NCBI GenBank assembly: GCA_963702425.1
Contig: CAVPCQ010000012.1
Span: 32,001 to 96,000, forward strand
Length of the DNA stretch: 64,000 nt
Source: an uncultured Acidobacteriota bacterium
Lineage (GTDB): Bacteria; Acidobacteriota; Polarisedimenticolia; J045
Direction: 5' to 3'
Below, piece after piece: positions 28,461-40,400 of the stretch (position 1 is its first letter; each line of letters opens with the position of its first letter). The translations under genes were made by a program, and so were the position numbers. Below the pieces are notes generated by a model. It searched no databases. It worked only from the letters and a program-made list of their open reading frames with translations, and was not told the origin of the DNA.

Positions 28461-31400
28461 CTATTTTCCCTCTCCGGCTTCGCTCAGGATGTCGTCGAGA
28501 TCATCCTGGTCCCACCCGAACTTCCCGAAGTCCGAGGGTGTATACCCTCCCGCTTCCGGAGATTCGCAGTGTTCAATGAGTGAGGTGAGTTCGTCCAAGA
28601 ACGCGCCGGCAAGCTGCTTCACGGTTTCCTCGCGATGCACGGCCCGGCTGAACGCCCACGTCACCGCGAACCGCCCGCCCTGGACGACTGCGTTGATCTC
28701 CAGCAAGTGCGCCCGGCGCATTCGGGGGCTCCGCATCGGACCGCACGGCCAGTCGCTCGGCCGCAGCAGTCCGCCACCGGTGCCGTCGGTGCCGTCGAAC
28801 CGTCCCAGGTAGTTGAAGGCGATCTCCGCCGGCGGGATCCTGCGCAGCAGGTTCGACAGCGCGGCGTCCGGCGCGACCCAGCGGACGAGGCCGTGCGCGC
28901 GTCCGCCGTCCGGCAGGGAATGCAGCCGTTGCTTGGTCTCTTTGAGCGCATCACCAGGCGGTTGCCCCGCCGGGGCCGCGAGCAGCACGGGATAGATCGA
29001 TGTGAACCAACCGACCGTCCTCGACGGATCGAGTCCGTCCGCGAACGGATCGCGCCCGTGTCCCTCGACATCGACGATGTGGCATTCGCTTCCAGTCCAC
29101 CGTCCCAGGGTGCGGGCGAGCGCGGTGAGCAGGACGTCGTTGATGCGGGTGCCATAGGCTGCGGGCACTCTCTGAAGGAGCGCGGTCGTCGAACTCTCCG
29201 AGAGAGACACAGTCGCCGTGCCGACCGACGACACGGTGTTGTCCCCGTCGTCGTGATCCCTGGGGACTCGGCCGACGTCTTGAAGCGGAAGCTCGAGCCA
29301 GTAGGCCGCCTGGTCCAGCAGCTTCGGGGTCGCGGCGTGTTCGGCCAGCGCCTCGGCCCACCGCGTGACCGACGTGCTCTTCGGCGGGAACACCACCGGC
29401 TGGCCTCGCCGGAGCGAGTCCAGCGCGCTCTGAAGGTCCTGCACCAGGATCGGCCACGACACGGCATCCACGGCGAGGTGATGGATCACGAACAGCAGGT
29501 GATCCGCGATGCCTGGTGTCCGGAACAGCGCGAGCCGAAGCAGCGGCCCGTGCTCCAGATCGAGGCTCGCCTGGACCCTCGCCGCCTCGCGCTCCACGAA
29601 TGCACGCCGCGCCCGGGCGTCGAGCGCGGGAACCTCGACCGTCTCGAGCGGCACCTCGACTCCCGGCTCCACGATCTCCTTGATCCAGCCGCCGTGGTCC
29701 CTTCTCAGCCGGGAGCGCAGGGCGTCGTGGTGCTCGATCAGGTGCTGCAAGCCTTCGCGCACAACGTCCGAGTCGAGCACCTCGGTCGACTCGAGAAACA
29801 GCGCCTGGTTGAAGTGGTGAGCGTCCCGCGGATGTTGATTCAGGAACCAGAGCTCGATCGGGGTCAACGGCATGGGCCCCGTGACCGGGCCCTGATCGGC
29901 GTCGTCGTGGAGCAGGAGCTGCGCGGCCGCCGCCAACTCCGCAACGGTCTGGTGCTGGAACAGGTCGCGAGCGCCGAACCGGAGTCCCGCCTCCCGCGCC
30001 GCCGCCACGACCTGGATGCTCAATATGGAGTCGCCGCCGAGTTCGAAGAAGTTGTCGTGGATACCGATCCGTTCGATGCCCAGAACGCGCGCCCAGACGC
30101 TCGAGAGGATCTCCTCTGCCTTGTTCCTCGGCAACGCGAACGCGCCGGCCGACTCCGGCCGCACGGCATCGGGTGCGGGCAACGTCTTCCGGTCGACTTT
30201 GCCGCTCGGTGTCGTTGGGAACCGGTCGAGAACGACGAACGCCGACGGCACCATGAACTCCGGAAGGGTGGCCTGCAGGTGTCGACGGAGTTCCGGGACG
30301 AGCTGACGCACGCGGCGCCCGCGCAACGGATCATTCGTGTAGTTCGCCCAGGGCCGGGTCCGCGGCGTCGCCCGCGGGAACGCCACGGGCCGGGGAGGCC
30401 CGGAGGGACCGCCGTTCCTCCGGACGAACAGCACGTCGTAGGCACCATCGTGCCGGGGCGCTGCCCAGTCGACCAGGACGTCGTAGGGCAAGTGCTGGGA
30501 CATGGAGACGAATCGGTCCGGATCGACGCCGATCCCCGAAGCGGCCTTTCGTGCCTCCTCGATCAACGCACCGGCCGTGGATGGGCACCGGTCGTCGTCG
30601 AGCCGCTCCGCGGCGAAAACGTCGGCGAGGACCCGTGCGTTCGGCACGCCACGGATGCCCAGGACTTCGGGCTCCGATCCGGCCAATTCGTGCTCGAGCG
30701 CCTCCGGGTTCGACCGTCCCGGATCCCAGTCGAGCCAACGAACGGCGGGCGTCTCGACCGCAGGCTCGTCGAGATGAAGCGTCACGTCGTAGCGGAACCG
30801 GCTCAACTCGTTGTCGTAGCCACCGACCTTGGGCCTGATGCTGACCCTGGTGACCCGAGGGAACAACCTCTGGAGGCCGACGAACAGCTCGGGTTCCACG
30901 ACCAGTTCCTGGTCCTGGTTGAGGTGGTGATCGACGCGCTGGCGCAGCTGCACAGCGGAGAGCTCGGGCTCCGCCCGGAAGGCTTGCACGGACGTATGGA
31001 AGGCACGGAACAGCGGCAGGCTGCGCACGTCCCCGATGAAGATCCGCCCCCCGGGGCCAACGGCATCGATCGCTCCTTCCAGGACCCGGAGCAGGTAGTC
31101 CGCGGCGGGGAAGTACTGGACCACGGAGTTCAGGACGATGGTGTCGAACGCGCCCTTCCCGATGCCGGTGAAGTCGTCGGCGCGCTGCCTGCGGAGGGTC
31201 ACCGCCCCTGCCGCTTCCCCCAGCACGCCCAGGTTCCCTTCGATGTAGTCGAGGGCAGCCTGCGCGAAATCACAGCCGAGGTACTGCTCGCAGTGCGGTG
31301 CCACGCGGAAGAGCAGCAGGCCGTTGCCGCAACCGAGCTCCAGGACCCGCTGCGGGTGGTGCGCGAGAATAGCCTCCACGGTGCCGTCAACCCACTTTCG

Positions 31401-34400
31401 CATTTCTTCGGCCGGGATCGGGTCGTTCGTGTAGCTGCTGTTCCATCCGGAGATGTTGAACATGCCGGCGTCGAGCGCCCGCGTTGCGTCATACGACTGC
31501 TCGTAGAGCGTCTCCCAGTGCGAGACGTGGTCGTCCTGCCGCACCTTCTCGCCGAGATCGGAGCCCGATCGTTCCGCAGCTGGAGCCTCGGTAATGTAGG
31601 CGACCAGGCGACGATCGCCCGGGGCGTCCTCTCGGGCCAGTACGACGCTCTCACGCACCGACGGATGTCGGTCGATGGCGGCCTCGATCTCGCCCAATTC
31701 GATGCGATAGCCGCGCACTTTGACCTGGTGGTCGATGCGGCCCAGGAACTCGATGTTGCCGTCCGCACGGAAACGCGCCAGGTCCTGCGTGCGGTACAGC
31801 CGGGCGTCCGGCTCCTCGCAGAACGGGTCGGGCACGAATCGTTCGGCAGTCAGTTCCGCACGGTTGCGGTAGCCGCGGGCGACCCCGACTCCGCCGATAC
31901 ACAGCTCTCCCGGTACTCCGGCCGGCACGGGCTCGAGGTGCCTATCAAGGATGTACACCCGCGTGTTGGCGATCGGCCGGCCGATGTGGACCGGCTCCCC
32001 GGGCCGCAGCTGCGCCCGCGTGGCCCAGATCGTGGTCTCGGTCGGGCCATACAGGTTGAAAAAGCGCCGCCCCGGTGCCCAACGCTCGACCAGATCGGGG
32101 AAACAGGGCTCGCCCGCAACAGCCACCGTCCGGAGCGCAGGCAGTTCGTCGACCGGAAGGACGGCCAGGGCCGTCGGAGGCAGGGTCATGATCTCGATGG
32201 CGTGGCGCTTCAGGAAGGCCAGCAAGTCCGGACCGGGCAACAACTCGTCCGGATCTCCGAGCACCAACGTCGCCCCGTTCGCAAGCGCCCCGACGATCTC
32301 GTAGGTCGCCGCGTCGAAGCTGAGCGACGCAAACTGCAGCACCCGGCTTCCCGGACGGATGTCGAGCACTCGCGCACACTCGCCGGGAACGTTGCACAAA
32401 CCACGGTGCTGCAACAGCGCGCACTTCGGCGTGCCGGTCGAGCCGGAAGTGTAGATCGCGTACGCGAGGTCGTCCGGAGAGACATCGACCGCCGGATTGT
32501 CTGCAGGGAAGGCCTCGATCGACGGCCAATCGGCATCCAGGCACAGCACGTCGGCCGCGTGGGGCGGAAGCGCGTCCCGGAGGTGGGCCTGGGTCAAGAG
32601 CGTCTCGACCCCGGAGTCGGCCAGCATGAACGCCACCCGATCCCGAGGATAGGTGGGGTCGATCGGCACGTAGGCGCCCCCAGCCTTGAGGATGCCGAGC
32701 ATCCCCACGATCATCTCGGGCGTCCTCTCGAAGCAGAGTCCGACCAACGAGTTCCGGCGCACTCCGCGGGCCAGCAGGGCATGCGCCACACGGTTGGCCC
32801 GCGACTCCAGCTCTCGATAGGTCCATTCCCGCCCTCGGTGGAGCAGGGCGGTCAGATCCGGTGACTCTGCCACGCGCGCCTCGAACAAGCGGTGGATGCC
32901 GATGTCGTCCGGATAGTCGGCGGCCGTCTCGTTCCACTCCGCGACGATGCGATGGCGTTCGGCAGGGTCCAGCAGCGGAAGCTCGCCGATCCGTTTGCCC
33001 GGATCGCTGACCGCACCCTCGAGCAGCGTCGTCAGGTGCGTGGCCATGCGGTCCACCGTGGAGGCGTCGAACAGGTCGACGTTGTAGACGAACATGCCCC
33101 GGAAGCCGCTGGGCTGCTCGATCAGGAACAGTTCCAGGTCGGTCCGGATGGTCCGGACTTCCGCCGGGTAGTCCTCGATCACCAGGCCCGGCAGCTCCAG
33201 CGCGGTCCTCGGGACGTTCTGCATCGCGAACACGACCTGGAACAGCGGGTTCTGCGCCAGGTCGCGCTCCGGGTTCAATTCGTAGACCAACCGTTCGAAG
33301 GGCAGGTCCTGGTGGTCGTAGGCATCGAGCGAGAGCTTCTGGACCCGTCGCAACACCTCGGAGAACGTCGGGTCGCCCGACAGGTCGGTCCGCAACACCA
33401 GGCTGTTGACGAAAATGCCGATGAGGTCCTCGATCTCCGATCGCGTGCGGTTCGCGATCGGAGAACCGATGACGACGTCCTCCTGGCCCGTGTACTTCGA
33501 CAGCAGTACCTGGAACGCTGCCAGCATAACCATCGCGACCGTGACGCCTTCCTTGCGAGCGAGCCGCGACACCGCCTCGGACAGCTCGCGCGACAGTGCC
33601 ACCTGGCGGGCTGCACCGTGGAAGGTCTGAAGCGGCGGACGGGGACGGTCGGTAGGCAGGTTCAAGACCGGGAGGTCGCCGCTCAGTTGATTCTTCCAGT
33701 ACGACAGCTGGCGCTCCAGCGTCTCGCCCTGCATGCGTTCGACCTGCCAGGCCGCGAAATCCGCATAGTGCACGGACAGGCTCGGCAGGCGGGGTGGCTC
33801 ACCTGTCAGTCTGGCCTCGTACAGCGCAGCGAGGTCCCGCGTAATCAGCCCGATCGACCATGCGTCGGTCACGATGTGGTGCACGTTCAGCAGCAGGACG
33901 TACTCGCCGCTGCCGAGGTCGACCAGCCTCGCCCGGATCAGCGGGCCGGCGGAAAGATCGAAGGCCCTGTCCGTGCCCCGTGCGATCAGGGCTTGAATCT
34001 CGACGTCGCGATCGGACTCCGGGACGCTGGAGAGGTCGGTGGCCTCAAGCGTCAAGTCCACGCTCTCGTCGATGATCTGGTAGGGGTGCCCGTCCCGGAC
34101 GTCGAATCGTGTCCGCAGGACCTCGTGCCGGCTGATGAGATCTCGCAGGCTGCCCTCCAGCGCATCTCGATCGAGCGTGCCGCGCAGACGGTAGGTGTGG
34201 CTCATGTTGTACGCGGCGCCGGTCCCCATCTGGTCGAGCACCCACAGACGCCGCTGCGCGAACGACAGCTCGAGGTCGCGGTCCCTCGGCACCTGCCGGA
34301 TCGGCGCGGCGCTCTCCACCGCCTCGATGCTCTGGCGCGCAGCGCGCACGCGGGTCGCTAGACCGGCGACGGTCGGGTGTTCGAAGACGTCCCGAAGTGG

Positions 34401-37400
34401 CAGCTCCACGCGCAGCGTGCTGCGGATCCGGGAGACCAGCCGTGTGGCCAGCAGCGAGTGCCCGCCGAGTTCGAAGAAGTTCTCGTGCGCCCCGACTACC
34501 TCCACGCCCAACACCTCCGAGAACGCAGCGACGACGGCCTCCTCCTCGGGGCCGCGCGGCGCCGTGTACGTCCTCGCTTCTGCTTCAAGCCCTGTCTCGA
34601 TGGCCGCCAACCGCTTCCGGTCGATCTTGCCCGAGGCTCCCAGCGGCAGGGCGTCGACAAATGCGATCGCACTCGGCACCATGTAATCGGGCAGCCGACC
34701 CCGCAGGAACTCCCGAAGCCTCGCTGGGGACGCTTGTCCGCCTTCCCGCGCAACCGCGAACGCCACCAGGTGACGATTCTCACCTTGCCCGCGCACGATC
34801 GCGGCGGCTTGCTCGACGTCCGGGTGTTCGGCGAGCACCGACTCGATTTCCCCGAGTTCGATCCGGAAACCGCGCAACTTGACCTGGTCGTCGATTCGGC
34901 CGAGGTACAACAGCCGCCCCCGCGAGTCCCAGCGCACCAGATCTCCGGTGCGATACATCCTCGCCCCCGACTCGTCGCGGAACGGATCCGCCATGAATCG
35001 TTCCGCCGTCAGTTCCGGCCGGTTCAGGTATCCACGGGCGACACCGTCGCCACCGATCCAGAGCTCACCGACCACACCCTCGGGCACCGGGCGGTTTTGC
35101 CGATCCAGGACGTAGAGGAACGTGTTCGCAATCGGGCGGCCGATCGGCATCGGCCCCGCTCCCTTTTCGTCCTCGTCCTCGACCTGAGCGACTGCCGACC
35201 ACACGGTCGTCTCCGTCGGGCCGTACATGTTCCACAACTCCCCACCTCGCTGCAGCAGCGCGCCCGCGAGCGGGCGCGGCAATGCCTCGCCCCCGCAGAG
35301 CATCTTGAGCCCCGGCTTCCCGCCCCAGCCCGAATGGACCAGCAACTGCCACGTGGCCGGCGTCCCCTGCATCACCGTGACTGCGTGCTCGTCCAGCAGG
35401 ACTTGTAGTTGCTCTCCGTCCGAGACCGCGTCCTGCGCGGCGATCACCACCGAGCCGCCCGCCACCAGCGGGAGGAACAGCTCCAGCGCCGCGATATCGA
35501 ACGACGGCGTTGTCACGGCCAGCAGCACGTCCTCCGCCGCGAAGCCGGGCGCCCGGCGCATCGACTCCAGGAAGTTCACGAGATTGCGATGAGTGACCTC
35601 GACACCCTTCGGCCTCCCGGTCGAACCCGACGTGTAGATCACGTACGCCAGATCGGACGATTTTGCGACGGGATCCGGGTTCGCGTCGCTGTACCGCTCG
35701 AACGCGCCGTCGCCGTCGTCCAGCAAGATGATCTCGCCGCCAAACTCTCCCACCCGGTCAGACACGACAGAGTCGCTGACCAGCGTCTCAATCGACGTGT
35801 CATCCAGGATGAACGCGAGTCGCTCTTTCGGGTTCGCCACATCGAGCGGCACGTACGCCCCACCGGCCTTCAGGATCCCCAACATCCCGACCAGGATCCC
35901 GGGGCCCCGGTCGACCAACAACCCGACCCGCGAGCCGGGTGCCACCCCCTTCGAGCGCAGGCGGTGCGCCAGTCTGTTCGAACGCCGGTTCAACTCCCGG
36001 TAGGTCAGCGGCATCCCGCAGTGAGCGTGCTCCCCGCCCGCAAGGATCACTGCGACCGCTTCGGGATCCCGCTCGGCCTGCGCTTCGATGAACTCGTGAA
36101 CACAACAGCTCTCCGCGTACGACGCGGCGCTGTCGTTCAACTCGACCAGAACCCGCCGGCGATCCGCATCGCTCATCAGTCGGAGATCGTCGATGGTCCG
36201 CTCGGGGTTCGCGATGATGTCCTCGAGCAGCCGCTCGTACTGACGCGCCATGCGCTCAATCGTCGACCGATCGAACAAGTCGGTGTTGTAGAGGAAGGTG
36301 ACTGTGGCACTCTCGCCTGACCGAAAGACGTGAACCTCGAGGTCGAGACGCGTCGTCGCCTGGCCCCGCTCAAAACGAGTGACTTCGATGCCGGGCAGTT
36401 CGAGGTTCTCCATTCCTGATTCGTGGACGGCGAAGAGGATCTGGAAGATCGGGTTGCGGCTGAGATCGCGTTCGGGCCGCAGCTCCTCGACCAGGTGCTC
36501 GAACGGGATGTCCTGGTTCTGGTACGCTTCGAGCGCCACATTCCTCACGCGACGCACGAGCTGGCAGAACGTCGGGTTTCCGGAGAGGTCGGTCCTCATG
36601 ACCAACGAATTCACGAAGAACCCGATCAGGTGCTCGATCTCGATCCGGTTCCGATTCGCGATGGGCGATCCAACGACGATGTCCCCCTGGCCGCTGTAGC
36701 GCCGGAGCATCACGTTGAAAGCGGCCAGCAGGGTCATGAAGGTGGTCGCGTCGAGCTGCCGTCCCAGCTTGTCGATCGCATCGCTGAGTCGCGCCGGCAG
36801 CACGATCCGTTCCCGTGCTGCACAGAACGTCTGTATCGCAGGCCTTGGCCGATCTGTCGGAATGTCCATCGGGGTGGCGTCCGCGAGTTGGGCTCGCCAG
36901 TAGCTGGCCTGCCTCTCCCACACCGGACCGCTGAGCCATTGCCGCTGCCACACCGCAAAGTCTGCATACTGTATGCCAAGGGAGGGCAGTTGCGCCGTTT
37001 CACCGCGCGCGAACGTCGCGTACAGCGCACCCAGCTCCCGATGGAGCACCCCCAGCGACCATCCATCGAACACGATGTGATGCACCGTCAAGAGCAGGAC
37101 GTGATCCTCGGCGGCGAGACGGATCAAGCGGGCTCGGAGGGGTCGCCCCGCGGCCAGATCGAACGGCCGCTCCAGCTCCCCGCGGGCATGCCGTTGGGCC
37201 TCATCCTCCCGTATCTCGGCCGGTACCGTCGTCAGGTCGACAAACTCGAAATCCGCCGGCGTCGGGTCCATCACGCACTGCCGGGGTACGCCCTCCTCCG
37301 ACCGGAACGCGGTCCGTAGGGTCTCGTGCCGTCGGACGAGTTCATCGAGGCCGCAGCGGAGGGCGGTTGCATCGAGAGCCCCCCGCAGGCGTAACGACAT

Positions 37401-40400
37401 CGCGGCGTTGTAGCCGGTACCGCCAGGTTCGAGTTGGTCGAGGAACCACAGCCGTTGCTGGGCGAACGACAGCGGCAGATCACCATCCCTCGGTATGCTC
37501 GCGATCGGGACCGCCTCGGGCACTCCCGTCTGTTCGCCCTGCACGACCGCAGCGAGACCGGCCACCGTCGCGTGGTCGAACAGCCTCCGGAGTGCGACAT
37601 CGCACCCGAATCGTTCGCGGATTCGCGACATGACCTGGGTCGCAAGGAGGGAATGCCCGCCCATCTCGAAGAAGTCGTCGTGGATACCGATACGCTCCAA
37701 GCCGAGTAGTTCAGCCCAGATCGCGCAAAGCGTTCCCTCGACGGCGTTGCGCGGCGCTTCGAACACGGTCGACAATCCCGGCCGCGAGGAGTCCGGCTCA
37801 GGCAGCGCCTGGCGATCCACCTTGCCGTTAGGCGTCAGTGGCAGCGCGTCCATCAGAACGAACGCGCTCGGTATCATGTACTCGGGCAGATGCTGCGCGA
37901 TGTGCTCGCGGAGCCCGGGGATCAGCTGGGACATCGTCCGCGCGCGAAGCGGGTCGGTGCCGCATGATCGCAGATCGCGGCTGCGACGCTGTTCCGCAGT
38001 CACTGGTGTGACCACGATCGGCGCGATGTCGCCCTCCGCCGGCTGCGGCGTGAACACGACGTCGAACCGCCCGCCGGGACCTGAATCGGACCACTGCAGT
38101 GTGACCGAGTATCCGCTCGAGCTGCCGAGATCCCACAGAGCTTCCGGATCGATACCGCAAATGCGGCTCGACCGGACGCGGCCGATCGGCTCGTCGCGGT
38201 CGGCCTCCGCCAACGCCGCGACAATCGCGAGATCCTCTCGCAAGCGCCCATTCGGCACCGCTCGGATCGCCAGCGGCTGTCGCGGGCGAGCGTCCAGCCG
38301 GCGCCTCACGCTCTCGAGTGCGAGGCCGGTCTGCTCCCAGTCGACCCAGGTGTCGGGCGCGAAGGAAGGTCTTTCGCTCGACACGTGCAGGATGACGTCG
38401 TAACGGTACTTCGTAAGTTCGTTTGTCGCGTGGCCGCGCTTGAGCAGGATCTCGACGTGACTGACCTTCGGATTGCGTGCCTGCAGCCCAAGGAAGTACT
38501 CCGGATCGATCACCAGCTCCTGCTCCTGGAGCACACTCTGGCGGATCCTCTGCCGCAGCTGGCCGACGGTGAGTTCGCGGCCCGCCTTGCACCATTGCAC
38601 CGAAGTCTGGAATACCTCGAGCAAGGGCAAGCTGCGGACATCGCCGATCAGCACTCGTCCGCCGGGCACCACGGCGCGGATCGCCCGGTCCAGTACCGTG
38701 TCGAGATACTCCATCGTTGGATAGTGTTGGACGACCGAGTCGAGCACCGCGAGATCGAATGAGTTCTCGTCGATACCTTCGAAATCCGTTGCGGTTCGCT
38801 GCATCAGCCGAACGTCGGCTTGGCCCGAACCGATCGCTTCGAGCTGACGACCTACGTAGTCCAGCGCGACCCGCGAAAAGTCGGTCGCCCAGTACGTTCG
38901 GCAGCGCGATAGAGCCGCGAAAAGCAGGAGCCCCGTGCGACAGCCAATCTCCAGCACCCGAGCGCACGCGCCATCGAGCATGCGGTCGATCGTTCGATCG
39001 ACGTGTTCGTGCACGTCCTCTGGGCTCAGAGATTCCCCGGTGTACGTGCTAAGCCATCCGGCGCTATTGAACGGCGCGTCTCGTCGAGCGTTCGGATCGC
39101 CTTCGATGTCCCTGTAGATCAGTTCATCATGGAGGCTCTGCCATTCATCGACACGGTCCTCGGACGCTCGATCGAGCTCCGCACCATGGTCACTCGCGAG
39201 CTTTGGCACGACGTAAGCCACCAGGCGCTTGTTGGCCTCGCCGCTCTCCTGAACGGTTACGACCGACGTGCTGACCGCCTCGTACTGCTTGATGACCGCT
39301 TCGATCTCGCCAAGTTCGATCCGGAACCCCCGCAGCTTCACCTGGTGGTCGTTCCGGCCCACGAACTCGATCGCCCCGTCCGGGCGATAGCGAACCACGT
39401 CTCCGGTGCGGTACATCTTCGCGGCCGGAGATCCTGCAAAGGGATCGGGAATGAACGTCTCGGCCGTCAGCTCCGGCCGTTCGTGATACCGGACAGCGAG
39501 CCCGTCGCCGCCAAGGTACAGCTCCCCGAGAACGCCCACGGGAACTGGATTAAGGCTGCGGTCGAGGACGTACATCGTAGAGTTGGCGATCGGCCGGCCG
39601 ATCGGCACGGTCAGGGCGTCCTCGGGGAGCTCCTGCACCTCGTACCAGGTGGAGAATGTCGTGCACTCGGTTGGCCCGTAGACGTGAAGCAGCCGCTGCG
39701 GCCGTCCTTCTGCGAGCACCGCACGCACGCGCCGAGGATCGACCATCTCGCCGCCAAACAGCAGATGACGCAGCCCTCCAAAGATGTCTGGGATTTCCAG
39801 TGACGCCTGGTTGAACAGGGCAGTCGTAAGGAACAACGTCGTGATGCGGTCCTCCCGGAGTGCTTCCGCGAACTGCCGGGCCGACAGCGACACCTCTTTC
39901 GAGATTCCGATCACGGTTGCACCGTTCAGCAACCCACCCCAGATCTCGAACGTTGCGGCGTCGAACGACGCATTGGACGCCTGGGCGATCCTGTCGGAAG
40001 GCTCGAGCTGGCAGTAATCCGTCTCGAGCACGAGACGGGTGATTCCTCGGTGCGGAATGCACACTCCTTTCGGCATCCCGGTGGAGCCGGAGGTGTAGAT
40101 GACGTACGCCAGATCCTCCGCCGAGGCATCTCGGAGGATTGCGCTCTCGCGCTCCTGCGCGATGACGGGCCCTTCACGATCGAGGCAGACCGTCTCGCCG
40201 GGATGCTCGGGGAGGTCGTCCCGGGTCCGTCCGTTCGTGAGCAAGACGGGTACCTTGGCGTCGGCCAGCATGAGGGCCAGGCGCTGCTTCGGATAGTCCG
40301 CATCCAGGGGTACGTACGCTCCACCAGCCTTCAGGATTCCCAGCAGCCCCACGATGAAATCGGTGGACCGTTCCATGCAGATCGCGACCAGCGAGCCGCG

